64,000 nucleotides of DNA from Gemmatimonadales bacterium (GTDB lineage: Bacteria > Gemmatimonadota > Gemmatimonadetes > Gemmatimonadales > GWC2-71-9), in the NCBI GenBank assembly GCA_037189525.1, contig JBBCJC010000003.1, forward strand, positions 96,001-160,000, written 5' to 3'. The notes under the pieces were generated by a model that searched no databases, had not been told where the DNA came from, and was given only the letters and a program-made list of their open reading frames with translations. Within the stretch, counting starts at the first letter, position 1. Every line of letters starts with the position of its first letter. A program made the translations under genes and the position numbers. Below are positions 52,070-61,826 of the stretch, piece after piece.

Positions 52070-53071
52070 ATGCCCGTACGGATCCTCACGCAGCAGCAGG
52101 TGACCGAGCTGCTTCCCATGTCCGATTGCGTTCCGCTGATGGAGCAGACGCTGCGCACCCTTACGCGGGGTGGCGCGCTGCTTCCGCTTAGGACCATCCT
52201 CCGCCTTCCCGAAGGCAAAGGCATCTTCGGCTCGATGCCATCGTATCTCGATCCGCCGAATGCCATCGGCCTCAAGGCCATTACCGTCTTCCCGGGGAAT
52301 GAAGGCACCCGGTTCGACTCGCATCAGGGCGTGGTGCTGCTGTTCGAGGCCCAGCACGGGTCGCTCGAGGCGATTCTGGATGCAGCTTCGGTTACCGCGA
52401 TCCGCACGGCCGCCGTATCGGGCGTGGCGACGGGAGCGCTGGCCCGTCCGGACGCCGGCGATCTCGCGATTCTCGGCAGCGGTGTGCAAGCGCGAACCCA
52501 TCTGGATGCCGTCGCCGCCGTTCGCAAGCTTCGCAGGGTCCGGATCTGGAGCCGGAGTGCGGCCAACGCGGCCAAGTGTGTCGCGGCCGTCGCGGGCCGT
52601 TATCCCTTTCCGATCGAGGTTGCGGCGAGCGCGGCGGAGGCGGTTCGGGGGGCCGACATTATCTGCACGGTCACCTCGGCGCGCGAACCCGTGATCGAGC
52701 GGTCCTGGGTGGCCGAGGGCGCGCACATCAATGCGGTCGGCGCCTCGGTAGCTGCGGCGCGGGAAATCGACAGCGATACGGTCGCTTCGGCGCTGGTCTT
52801 TGCTGATAAGCGAGAATCGCTCTTTGCGGAAAGCGGCGACTTCCTGATCCCGCGCGGTGAGGGGCGTTTCGGTGACGACCACCTGAAGGGCGAAGTGGGC
52901 GAAGTGCTCGAGGGCATTGTGCCGGGACGGACCGCCCCCGGTGACATCACGCTCTTCAAATCGCTCGGCCTGGCCATCGAGGACCTTGCCGCGGCGCATT
53001 TCGTCAATCGGCGCGCAGCCGAGCAGGGCGTGGGTGTGGTGCTCGAGATCGGCGGGCTCCGGCATGACTGA
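52070..53071 (+). CDS. Ornithine cyclodeaminase/mu-crystallin family protein
   Basis: TAIRTAAVSGVA, GSGVQARTH, HINAVG, LFKSLGLAIED. Confidence 0.92.
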   Translation: MPVRILTQQQVTELLPMSDCVPLMEQTLRTLTRGGALLPLRTILRLPEGKGIFGSMPSYLDPPNAIGLKAITVFPGNEGTRFDSHQGVVLLFEAQHGSLEAILDAASVTAIRTAAVSGVATGALARPDAGDLAILGSGVQARTHLDAVAAVRKLRRVRIWSRSAANAAKCVAAVAGRYPFPIEVAASAAEAVRGADIICTVTSAREPVIERSWVAEGAHINAVGASVAAAREIDSDTVASALVFADKRESLFAESGDFLIPRGEGRFGDDHLKGEVGEVLEGIVPGRTAPGDITLFKSLGLAIEDLAAAHFVNRRAAEQGVGVVLEIGGLRHD

Positions 53072-54182
53072 TACCCGGGTTCGGGTCGTCCTCAACCGGT
53101 TCCGTCGTTCCGGTGTCATCGACGCCCCATCGCGCGCGCCGGTCCGGGCGTTTCATCGGACGCTGCCGGGATACGCGGCGACACCGCTGGTCTCACGCCC
53201 CGCGCTCGCTGCCCGGCTCGGCCAGGGCGGTCTCTATGTCAAATATGAAGCGCCGCGTTTCGGGTTGGGCGCCTTCAAGGGACTGGGCGCCTCGTGGGCA
53301 CTGCACCGGCTGCGCGCCGAGCGTAGTGCGCCGCTCGGTACGGTCTCGGCCGCCAGCGCAGGCAATCACGGGCGGGCAGTCGCCTGGGCTGCCCGGCTGG
53401 CGGGGCTTCCCTGTGTCATCTTTCTGCCCAGCGGGGCGACTCCGGCGCAGGTCGACGCCATTCGGGCCGAAGGCGCCCGAGTGGAACTGATCGACGGAAC
53501 CTACGAAGAGACCGTTCGGCACTGCGACGAAGTCAGCCGGCAGCAGGGCTGGCAAGTTATCAGCGACGTCGGCTATCCCGGGTATCTCGAGATTCCACCG
53601 TTTGTCGTCGAAGGTTACAGCACCATCTTTGCCGAAATCGACGAGCAACTGGCGGAAGCCGGGCTGCCCGAGCCCGATGCCGTGCTGATCCCGGCTGGTG
53701 TCGGCGGGATCCTGCATGCCGGTGTCGAGCACTATCGCCGCCGCGCGAAGCCGCCCGTCATCATCGGGGTCGAACCGACGGCCGGTGACTGCTTTTCCGC
53801 TTCGGTCCTGTCGGACGACGGCGCGCCGACGCTGGCATCCGGGGACGGGAAGACGTCGATGTCTTATCTCAACTGTGCCGAGGTATCGCTGTCGTCGTGG
53901 TCGGCGATTCGCGACGGCGTCGATGCCATCATCGCAATCGACGATTCGGTTGCCGAGCAGGGCATGCGCTTGCTGTACCACGCTGCGGAGGGTGAGACGC
54001 CGCTCGAAGCGGGCAGTTCGGGCGCATCGACCACCGGCGCGCTGGCGGGGCTCCTGGCCGAGGGGATCGACCCGACGGTTCGGAAGGGTTTGGGGCTCGG
54101 TCCGGACCGGGTGGTCCTGGTCGTTTGCACGCAGGGCGCGATCGATCAGGCGCACTTTCGGAGGGTCGTCGGCTCCGAATGA
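53064..54182 (+). CDS. Diaminopropionate ammonia-lyase-like PLP enzyme
   Basis: GYAATPL, RFGLGAFKGLGASWA, SAGNHGRAVA, AGVGG. Confidence 0.8.
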   Translation: MTDTRVRVVLNRFRRSGVIDAPSRAPVRAFHRTLPGYAATPLVSRPALAARLGQGGLYVKYEAPRFGLGAFKGLGASWALHRLRAERSAPLGTVSAASAGNHGRAVAWAARLAGLPCVIFLPSGATPAQVDAIRAEGARVELIDGTYEETVRHCDEVSRQQGWQVISDVGYPGYLEIPPFVVEGYSTIFAEIDEQLAEAGLPEPDAVLIPAGVGGILHAGVEHYRRRAKPPVIIGVEPTAGDCFSASVLSDDGAPTLASGDGKTSMSYLNCAEVSLSSWSAIRDGVDAIIAIDDSVAEQGMRLLYHAAEGETPLEAGSSGASTTGALAGLLAEGIDPTVRKGLGLGPDRVVLVVCTQGAIDQAHFRRVVGSE

Positions 54183-54301
54183 GCCGCTACATTCGGGGTG
54201 TCTTCGCGGGTTTTGGCGGGGCCGCTACCTCGCCGAACGGGGATGCGATATAATGGAAAACGACCATAGAATTGCACCCCGGAAACCCGACGGAGTCGAT
54301 C

Positions 54302-54826
54302 ATGCCGGTCCTGCCCCCGATCAACCTGAAGCGTTGGATTGACGAACACCGCGAATTACTGAAACCGCCTGTCGGCAACAAGATGGTATGGCAGGATGCC
54401 GAGTTCCTCGTGATGGTCGTCGGCGGCCCGAACCAGCGCAAAGATTTTCACGTCGAAGACGGCGAAGAATTTTTTTACCAGATCGAAGGCGACATCGTCG
54501 TCCGCACCATTCAGGACGGCGAGGTGCGTGACATTCCGATCCGCGAAGGCGAGATGTTCCTTCTCCCGGCCGGCATCCCGCATTCGCCGCAGCGTCCCGC
54601 CAATACCGTCGGTCTGGTGATCGAACGGAAGCGCGCGGGCGGCGAGCTCGATCACCTCCGCTGGTTCTGTGACAACTGCGGCGAGATGCTCTACGATGCC
54701 AGCTTCGAACTGGTCGATCTCGGTAAACAGCTCAAGCCCGTGATCGAGGACTTCTCGGCCGACGAAGCGAAGCGCACGTGCAAAAAGTGCGGCACGGTGA
54801 TGGCGCCGCCGATCGCCAAGAAATAG
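54302..54826 (+). CDS. nbaC: 3-hydroxyanthranilate 3,4-dioxygenase
   Basis: LKPPVGNK, GGPNQRKDFH, EEFFYQ, PHSPQR, CxxC...CxxC. Confidence 0.95.
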   Translation: MPVLPPINLKRWIDEHRELLKPPVGNKMVWQDAEFLVMVVGGPNQRKDFHVEDGEEFFYQIEGDIVVRTIQDGEVRDIPIREGEMFLLPAGIPHSPQRPANTVGLVIERKRAGGELDHLRWFCDNCGEMLYDASFELVDLGKQLKPVIEDFSADEAKRTCKKCGTVMAPPIAKK

Positions 54827-54838
54827 TCGCGGCGCCGC

Positions 54839-55852
54839 TTGCTCAAGATCGACCTTCACACCCACATCCTTCCCGAGTCCTGGCCGAATCTGCGCGATCG
54901 GTACGGGTACGGTGGGTTTCTGGAGATGCAGCACGTTGCGCCCTGCCGTGCGCAGCTGTTCGTCGACGGGAAGATGTTTCGGGAAATCGATGACAATTGC
55001 TGGGACCCCCGTCGCCGGATCGAGGACTGCGATCGCGACGGGGTCCACGTCCAGGTGTTGTCGACCGTCCCGGTCATGTTCAGCTACTGGGCGGCGCCGG
55101 CGCATGCCGATGACCTGTCCAAGCTGCTCAACGACCACCTGGCCTGGGTGGTGGCCACCAATCCCAAGCGGTTCGTCGGTTTGGGGACGGTGCCGCTGCA
55201 GGATCCGGCGTTGGCCATCCGGGAACTCGAGCGCTGCGTCAAGGATCTGCGATTGGCCGGTGTGCAGATCGGCACCCATGTCAACGCCTGGAACTTCGAC
55301 GCGCCCGAGCTGTTCCCGTTTTTCGAAGCGGCGGCGGACCTGGGCGCGGCAGTCTTCGTGCATCCCTGGGAAATGCTGGCGCCGGAGCGGATGCGCAGGT
55401 ACTGGCTGCCGTGGCTCGTCGGGATGCCGACCGAATCGGCCCTGGCAATCGCGTCGCTCATCTTCGGCGGGGTGCTGGAGCGGTTGCCCAAGCTGCGCAT
55501 CTGTTTTGCCCACGGCGGCGGCAGCTTCGTCGGGATTCTCGGCCGTCTGACCCACGGCTTCGAAGCGCGCCCCGACCTGGTAGCCGTCGACAATCCGTAC
55601 CCGCCGACCAAGTATCTCGATCGTCTCTACGTCGACTCGCTGACGCACGACCCGGAGCTGCTGCGCTGGCTGATTCGTCTGATGGGCGCCAATCGCGTCG
55701 CCCTCGGAACCGATTATCCGTTTCCGCTCGGTGAAATCGTTCCCGGCAAGATGATCGAGTCGATGGAGGATCTCTCGCCGGAAACGCGGGCCTGGCTTTT
55801 CTATAAGACGGCGCTCGAGTTTCTCGACCGGCCGCTGGGTGCCTTTCTATGA
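54839..55852 (+). CDS. nbaD: 2-amino-3-carboxymuconate-6-semialdehyde decarboxylase (ACMSD)
   Basis: IDLHTHILP, QVLSTVPVMFSYWA, FVHPW, WLVGMP, AHGGG, GTDYPFPLGE. Confidence 0.93.
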   Translation: MLKIDLHTHILPESWPNLRDRYGYGGFLEMQHVAPCRAQLFVDGKMFREIDDNCWDPRRRIEDCDRDGVHVQVLSTVPVMFSYWAAPAHADDLSKLLNDHLAWVVATNPKRFVGLGTVPLQDPALAIRELERCVKDLRLAGVQIGTHVNAWNFDAPELFPFFEAAADLGAAVFVHPWEMLAPERMRRYWLPWLVGMPTESALAIASLIFGGVLERLPKLRICFAHGGGSFVGILGRLTHGFEARPDLVAVDNPYPPTKYLDRLYVDSLTHDPELLRWLIRLMGANRVALGTDYPFPLGEIVPGKMIESMEDLSPETRAWLFYKTALEFLDRPLGAFL

Positions 55853-57129
55853 GCTATACCTTTGAGCCGACCGAAGCCTGGGCCCGGTCGCGCGATGCGG
55901 CCGATCCGCTTGCCGCGTATCGGAACGAGTTTGCGCTTCCGCCCGGGCCGGATGGCCAGTCCCTGATCTACCTCTCTGGCAATTCGCTCGGTCTGATGCC
56001 CAGGCAGGTGCCCGCCCTCATGGCCGAGGAGTTCGAAGCCTGGGCCCGTCTTGGCGTCGAAGGCCATCACGATGCGCCGCGGCCCTGGCTCAGCTATCAC
56101 GAGAACTTCCGCGAGACGGGGGCGCGTCTGGTCGGGGCTCGCTCGGGCGAGGTCGTCTTCATGAACTCGCTGACCGTCAATCTCCACCTCATGATGGTCA
56201 GCTTCTATCGGCCGGAGGGACGGCGCCGGAAGATCCTGATCGAGGCATCGGCATTTCCGTCCGATACCTACGCCGTGGCGACCCATCTGGCCACGCGTGG
56301 AATCGATCCCGCGGATGGTATGATCATCCTGGGGCCCGAAGCGGGCCAGCATCTGATTACGACCGAGGCCATCGAACAGGTCCTCCGCGAACAGGGGGAC
56401 GAGATTGCCCTGGTGCTCTGGCCGGGTGTGCAGTACTACACGGGGCAGCTGTTCGACATCGAACGGATTACCGCCGCCGCCCATCGCGCCGGGGCTGTTG
56501 CCGGATTCGATCTGGCGCACGCGGCGGGCAATGTCCCGCTGACGCTGCATGATTGGAACGTCGACTTCGCGGCCTGGTGCTCGTACAAGTATCTCAATGC
56601 CGGGCCGGGAGCGGTGGGTGCCTGTTTCGTGCACGACCGTCACGGCCAGGACATCGCGCTCCCGCGCTATGCCGGATGGTGGGGCAACGATCCGGCCACG
56701 CGATTCCGGATGCATCTCAACAGCGCCTTCGTGCCCCAGATCGGCGCCGAGGGATGGCAGATCAGTAATCCGCAGATCTTCTCGATGACGCCGCTCGTCG
56801 CCTCGCTCGGCCTGTTCGATAAGGTTGGTACGCACGTGCTCCGGGCCAAGTCGCTCGAGTTGACGGCCTATCTCGAGTATCTGGTCGATCGGATCCCGGG
56901 CGGGCGGATCGAGCAGATCACGCCGCGCGATCCGGCAGCTCGCGGCGCCCAGCTTTCGCTCCTGGTACGCGAAGGCGCCCGGGAGGCGTTCGACGGGGTG
57001 CGGGCGCGCGGCCTGCTTCCCGATTTCCGCCAGCCGGACGTGATCCGAATGGCGCCGGTCCCGTTCTACAACAGCTTCCACGACGTCTGGCGGACGGGTA
57101 CGGCATTGGGTGAGGTGCTTCGTGCCTGA
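55849..57129 (+). CDS. kynU: Kynureninase
   Basis: YLSGNSLGLMP, MNSLTVNLH, DLAHAAGN, WCSYKYLNAGPG. Confidence 0.95.
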   Translation: MSYTFEPTEAWARSRDAADPLAAYRNEFALPPGPDGQSLIYLSGNSLGLMPRQVPALMAEEFEAWARLGVEGHHDAPRPWLSYHENFRETGARLVGARSGEVVFMNSLTVNLHLMMVSFYRPEGRRRKILIEASAFPSDTYAVATHLATRGIDPADGMIILGPEAGQHLITTEAIEQVLREQGDEIALVLWPGVQYYTGQLFDIERITAAAHRAGAVAGFDLAHAAGNVPLTLHDWNVDFAAWCSYKYLNAGPGAVGACFVHDRHGQDIALPRYAGWWGNDPATRFRMHLNSAFVPQIGAEGWQISNPQIFSMTPLVASLGLFDKVGTHVLRAKSLELTAYLEYLVDRIPGGRIEQITPRDPAARGAQLSLLVREGAREAFDGVRARGLLPDFRQPDVIRMAPVPFYNSFHDVWRTGTALGEVLRA

Positions 57130-58456
57130 GGCTTCGCGCCCTCCCTTTGTCATTGTCGGCGCCGGCCTGGTCGGCGCGATGCTGGCGGCGCTGCTGGGTC
57201 GGGCCGGTTTCCGGGTGCGTGTGCTCGAACGCCGGGGCGATCCGCGAGTCGATCGGATGGAGGGTGGGCGAAGTATCAATCTCGCGATCTCGGCTCGCGG
57301 GCTCGACGCGCTCGCTCGCCTCGAGCTCGACGACGATATCCTGGCGCTCGGGGTGCCGCTCTATCGGCGGGCCATCCATTCTCCGGCCGGCGATGTCAGC
57401 TACCAGCCGTACGGGGTGGGGTCGCAGGCGATCAACTCCTTTTCCCGGGGCGAACTCAATCGCGGGCTGATCCAGGCCGCCGGCGAGGCGCCCAACGTGG
57501 AGTTGCTATTCGAGCGGCGGGTCGTCGATGTCGACATCGTGACCGGGACCGTCTCCCATGTCGATGCCGCGACCGGCGAAGATCTGCGTACCGAGCAGGG
57601 TATCGTGGTGGGGGCGGACGGGGCATTCTCCGTCGTCCGCGCGGTGCTCCAGAAGCGCGAGCATCAGGACTATTCCCAGGACTTCCTCGAGCAGGGCTAC
57701 AAAGAGCTGCATATCCCGCCGCGTCCCGATGGCTCGGCAGCGTTCGAGCGAAATGCGATGCACATCTGGCCGCGCGGGCCATTCATGATGATGGCGATGG
57801 CCAATCTGGATGCCTCGTTTACGGTGACGCTGTATCTCCCGATGACGGGGCCTAACGGTTTCGATCGTCTGAAGACACCGGAGGATGTCGAGGTCTTTTT
57901 CCGCCGTGAGTTTCCCGATGCCTTGCCCATCATGCCGACCTTGATGGAGGACTTCTTTGCCAATCGGACCGGTTCGATGGTCACGGTCCGGACATACCCG
58001 TGGCATCTTGGCGACAAGGTGGTCCTGATCGGAGACGCCGCGCACGCGATCGTGCCGTTCTACGGCCAGGGCGCCAATGCGGGGTTCGAAGACTGCCTCG
58101 AGTTCGTTGAACAGGTCAAACGGACGCCGGACGACCTGGCGGGGGCCTTTGCCCGGTATGCCGAGCGGCGGAAGCCCAACGCCGAGGCGATTGCGGACCT
58201 GGCGCTGGCCAACTTCACCGAGATGCGCGACCATGTCGCGTCGCCCCTCTTCCGGCTCAAGAAGCGGTTCGAGACGCTGCTCTACGCCTGGTTTCCCAAG
58301 TGGTTCGTCCCGCTCTATCCGATGATTGCTTTTTCCCTGGTACCCTATGCGGAGGCGCGGGCACGAGCGGAGCGCCAGGCGCGGACCATGCGCCGCCTGG
58401 GCCTCGGCCTGGCCGGTCTGGTCGTGGTCGCCGTTCTCTGGCTCTCGATCCGATGA
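57122..58456 (+). CDS. kmo: Kynurenine 3-monooxygenase
   Basis: GAGLVG, GRSINLA, YKEL, HIWPR, GDAAHAIVPFYGQGANAGFED. Confidence 0.93.
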   Translation: MPEASRPPFVIVGAGLVGAMLAALLGRAGFRVRVLERRGDPRVDRMEGGRSINLAISARGLDALARLELDDDILALGVPLYRRAIHSPAGDVSYQPYGVGSQAINSFSRGELNRGLIQAAGEAPNVELLFERRVVDVDIVTGTVSHVDAATGEDLRTEQGIVVGADGAFSVVRAVLQKREHQDYSQDFLEQGYKELHIPPRPDGSAAFERNAMHIWPRGPFMMMAMANLDASFTVTLYLPMTGPNGFDRLKTPEDVEVFFRREFPDALPIMPTLMEDFFANRTGSMVTVRTYPWHLGDKVVLIGDAAHAIVPFYGQGANAGFEDCLEFVEQVKRTPDDLAGAFARYAERRKPNAEAIADLALANFTEMRDHVASPLFRLKKRFETLLYAWFPKWFVPLYPMIAFSLVPYAEARARAERQARTMRRLGLGLAGLVVVAVLWLSIR

Positions 58457-58496
58457 GAACCTCGTCATTCCCTTCGTTCCCTTGCGGGTGGTGTCT

Positions 58497-59279
58497 ATGC
58501 CGCTGACCTATGCTTCGTATCTCAAGCTCGACGAACTCCTCTCCCTGCAGGAGCCCAAGTCGAGCCCGGCCGAACACGACGAACTGCTCTTCATCGTCAT
58601 CCATCAGACGTACGAATTGTGGTTCAAGCAGATGCTGCACGAGGCGGACAAGGTCGTCCGTGATTTCGGCGCCAATGACCTCTTCGGCGCGATTGCGACG
58701 TTCAAGCGGATGCGGATGATCCTCAAGACGCTGGTCGGACAGATCGATATCCTGGAGACGATGACGCCGCTCTCGTTCTCGTCGTTTCGGAGCCGGCTCG
58801 ATACCGCGTCCGGGTTCCAGTCCTATCAGTTCCGCGAGTTCGAATTCTTCTTCGGTTATAAGCGCCCCGGCGTGACCCATCCGATCCCGAGTTCGGAAGC
58901 GGGGCGCGCCAAGGCGGAGGCGCGTCTGGATCAGCCGAGCGTGGTCGATGCCTTCATCCGGTTTCTCGCCACGCGCGGCGCAGAGCTGCCCGAGGCGTCG
59001 TTCAACCGCGACATCCGGAGCGCCACGCAGCCGGACGAGGCGGTTCAGGAGGCGATCCTCCGGATGTACACCGAGCAGCCGGAGCTGGTCATTCTGTTCG
59101 AGCTGATGACGGATTTCGACGAAGGCGTGCAGGAATGGCGCTATCGTCACGTCAAGCTGGTCGAGCGGACCATCGGGGCGAAGTCGGGGACGGGCGGGTC
59201 GGCCGGTATGGAGTTCCTCAAACAGTCACTCTTCAAGCCGATCTTCCCGGATCTGTGGGCCGTCCGGCACCGGATGTGA
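58497..59279 (+). CDS. kynA: Tryptophan 2,3-dioxygenase
   Basis: YLKLDELLSLQ, HDELLFIVIHQTYELWFKQ, ASGFQSYQFR, GTGGSAG. Confidence 0.95.
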   Translation: MPLTYASYLKLDELLSLQEPKSSPAEHDELLFIVIHQTYELWFKQMLHEADKVVRDFGANDLFGAIATFKRMRMILKTLVGQIDILETMTPLSFSSFRSRLDTASGFQSYQFREFEFFFGYKRPGVTHPIPSSEAGRAKAEARLDQPSVVDAFIRFLATRGAELPEASFNRDIRSATQPDEAVQEAILRMYTEQPELVILFELMTDFDEGVQEWRYRHVKLVERTIGAKSGTGGSAGMEFLKQSLFKPIFPDLWAVRHRM

Positions 59280-59281
59280 CC

Positions 59282-59902
59282 ATGCTGTACGATATCACAC
59301 CCGTCGTATCTCCGCGGCTGGCGGTCTGGCCGGGCGATACCGTGCCCGAGCGGACCGTGCTCGCCGATCTCGCCGCCGGCGATTCGGTGACGCTCTCGAC
59401 GCTGCGCACCACCGTGCACGCCGGCGCCCACACCGATGCGCCCAGCCATTACGGCCTGTCGGGTCGTGACATCGCGTCACAGCCGCTCGACTACTATCTG
59501 GGCCGGTGCCAGGTCGTTCGGGCTCGGGCGGAGCCGGGGGTGCGGGTGTCGTTTGCGCAGCTGGAGGAACCGATCACCGAGGCCCGTGTCCTGATTGCGA
59601 CCGGAACCTATCCGGACCCGACGCGCTGGGTGACCGACTTTGCCGGGCTGGAACCGGAACTGGTCGATCGCCTGGCGTCGGAGGGCGTCCGGCTGCTCGG
59701 GGTGGACACGCCGAGTGTCGATAGCTTCGACTCGAAGACGCTGCCGGCCCACAATCGGTTCCTGGCCTACGATATGGCCATTCTCGAAGGGATCGTACTC
59801 GATCAGGTTCCGTCGGGGCGCTACGAACTGATCGCGCTGCCGCTCAAGCTCGAGGGTTTCGACGCGAGTCCGGTGCGCGCGGTGCTGCGGACGCTCGACT
59901 GA
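59282..59902 (+). CDS. kynB: Kynurenine formamidase (cyclase family)
   Basis: WPGD, HAGAHTDAPSH, GVDTPSVD, DASPVRAVL. Confidence 0.9.
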   Translation: MLYDITPVVSPRLAVWPGDTVPERTVLADLAAGDSVTLSTLRTTVHAGAHTDAPSHYGLSGRDIASQPLDYYLGRCQVVRARAEPGVRVSFAQLEEPITEARVLIATGTYPDPTRWVTDFAGLEPELVDRLASEGVRLLGVDTPSVDSFDSKTLPAHNRFLAYDMAILEGIVLDQVPSGRYELIALPLKLEGFDASPVRAVLRTLD

Positions 59903-59905
59903 TCG

Positions 59906-60325
59906 TCAGTCGACCGTTGCAATCACCTTGAGCTCGACGTGGATCGGGGTCGGCAGGGCGCCGACCTCGACGGTCGTGCGGGTCGGTTGATTGGATGTGA
60001 AGTACTCGCCGTAGACCCGGTTGAACGCCGCGAAGTCTCCCGCCATATCCGTCAGAAACACCGTCACGTCGACGATCTTGTCCCAGCTCGATCCGGCATC
60101 TTCCAGGATGGTGCGGATGTTGGCGAAGCACTGCCGGGCCTGTTGCTCGATGTCGTGCTCGACCACGCGGCCGGCCTCGACGACGTTGCCGGGTACCTCG
60201 TTCGAGCCGGGGACGCGCGGGCCGGTGCCCGACACGAAGAGCAGGGAACCCACTCGGCGCGCATGCGGATACGGACCAACCGGTACGGGAGCCCGGGCAC
60301 TGGAAACGGATTGAGACGAGGTCAT
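59906..60325 (-). CDS. RidA family protein, probable 2-aminomuconate deaminase
   Basis: PVGPYPHARRVGSLLFVSG, PTRTTVEV, IHVELKVIA; next to semialdehyde dehydrogenase. Confidence 0.82.
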   Translation of the reverse strand: MTSSQSVSSARAPVPVGPYPHARRVGSLLFVSGTGPRVPGSNEVPGNVVEAGRVVEHDIEQQARQCFANIRTILEDAGSSWDKIVDVTVFLTDMAGDFAAFNRVYGEYFTSNQPTRTTVEVGALPTPIHVELKVIATVD

Positions 60326-60357
60326 GGCAGTCTGTCGGCCTCTGATCGGTGTCGGTC

Positions 60358-61803
60358 CTACAGTTTGATACAGACGTTCTTGGGCTCGGTAAAGAACCGG
60401 ATCGCTTCGTCGCCGCCTTCGCGCCCGACGCCGCTGTGCCGCATCCCGCCAAAGGGGACGCGCAGATCGCGCAGCAGCCAGGTGTTGACCCAAATCGTTC
60501 CGCACTGCACCTCTTCGGCCAGTCGGTGCGCACGGGAGAGGGACTCGGTCCAGACCGAGGCCGCCAGGCCGTAGCTCGACTGGTTGGCGAGCGCGATGGC
60601 TTCGTCGTCGTCCTGGAACGGCGTAATGGTTACTACCGGGCCGAAGATCTCTTCCTGATTGGTGCGGCACTCCATCCCGAGTCCGGTGATTACGGTCGGT
60701 GCGATGAAGAAGCCGTCGCGGCAGCGGTCGGGCAGATTGGCCGGAGCGCCGCCTCCGCAGACGACGGTGCCGCCTTCGTCCCGCGCCAGCGCGATGTACC
60801 CCGCGACTTTGTCGCGATGCCCCGCGCTCACCAGCGCGCCGAACTCGGTCTTGGGGTCGAGCGGGTCGCCCACCCGGAGCGCCGACGCCGCGGCGGCAAA
60901 GCGTTCGACGAACTCCGGGTAAATCGAGGTCTCCACCAGCAATCGGGAACCGCAGAGACAGATCTCGCCCTGGTTCGCGAAGGCGGAACGGACGATGCTC
61001 GGCAGGTGACGATCGAGATCGGTGTCGCCGAAGATGATGGTCGGATTCTTCCCGCCCAGTTCGAGCGTGAGCTTCTTGAACAGGGGTGCGGCGGTTCGGG
61101 CAATGGCCGCGCCGGTGGTCGTTCCGCCCGTGAAGGAGATGGTGCGGATGTCGGGATGACTCACCAGCGCAGCGCCGGTGCTGGCGCCCAGTCCGTGCAC
61201 GATGTTGAGCACGCCCGGGGGCAGGCCCGCGTCTCGGCAGATCTCGGCCAGGATCGTCGCGGTGGTCGGGGTCAGCTCCGAGGGCTTGGCCACCGCGGTG
61301 TTTCCGGTGGCAATGGCCGGGGCAATTTTCCACGACAACAGATAGAGCGGCAGGTTCCACGGCGAGATCAGCCCGGCGACACCGCGCGCGCGCCGCAACG
61401 TGTAGTTGAGGGCGCTGTAATCGGTGGCGTGACTCTCCGACGCCTGGTGCAGAATCGCGGTCGCAAAGAAGCGGAAGTTGGCGGCGGCCCGCGGAATGTC
61501 CAGTTCGCGCGCGAGGGTGATCGGCTTGCCGGTGTCGACGGATTCGGCGTGCGCCAGTTCGTCCAGGCGCGAATCGATGCCGCTCGCAATGGCGAGCAAC
61601 AGCCGGGCGCGCTCGGCGGCCGGAGTGCGAGACCACGCGGGAAATGCGGCCTTCGCCGCCGAGGCCGCCGCCGCGACGTCACTGGCGTCGCTGTCCGGCA
61701 CCTGCCCGACTGCGCGACCGACCGCGGGGTCGAGGTTGGGGAGATACCGTCCGCCGCTCGGTGCGATCAGCTCGCCGCCGATGTAGTTCTGCAGGGTCCG
61801 CAC
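60358..61803 (-). CDS. 2-aminomuconic/2-hydroxymuconic semialdehyde dehydrogenase
   Basis: ISPWNLPLYLL, FTGG, LELGGKNP, NQGEICLCGS, EEIFGPV. Confidence 0.88.
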   Translation of the reverse strand: MRTLQNYIGGELIAPSGGRYLPNLDPAVGRAVGQVPDSDASDVAAAASAAKAAFPAWSRTPAAERARLLLAIASGIDSRLDELAHAESVDTGKPITLARELDIPRAAANFRFFATAILHQASESHATDYSALNYTLRRARGVAGLISPWNLPLYLLSWKIAPAIATGNTAVAKPSELTPTTATILAEICRDAGLPPGVLNIVHGLGASTGAALVSHPDIRTISFTGGTTTGAAIARTAAPLFKKLTLELGGKNPTIIFGDTDLDRHLPSIVRSAFANQGEICLCGSRLLVETSIYPEFVERFAAAASALRVGDPLDPKTEFGALVSAGHRDKVAGYIALARDEGGTVVCGGGAPANLPDRCRDGFFIAPTVITGLGMECRTNQEEIFGPVVTITPFQDDDEAIALANQSSYGLAASVWTESLSRAHRLAEEVQCGTIWVNTWLLRDLRVPFGGMRHSGVGREGGDEAIRFFTEPKNVCIKL

Positions 61804-61826
61804 GTTCGACTGCCTTTCGTGCCCGG

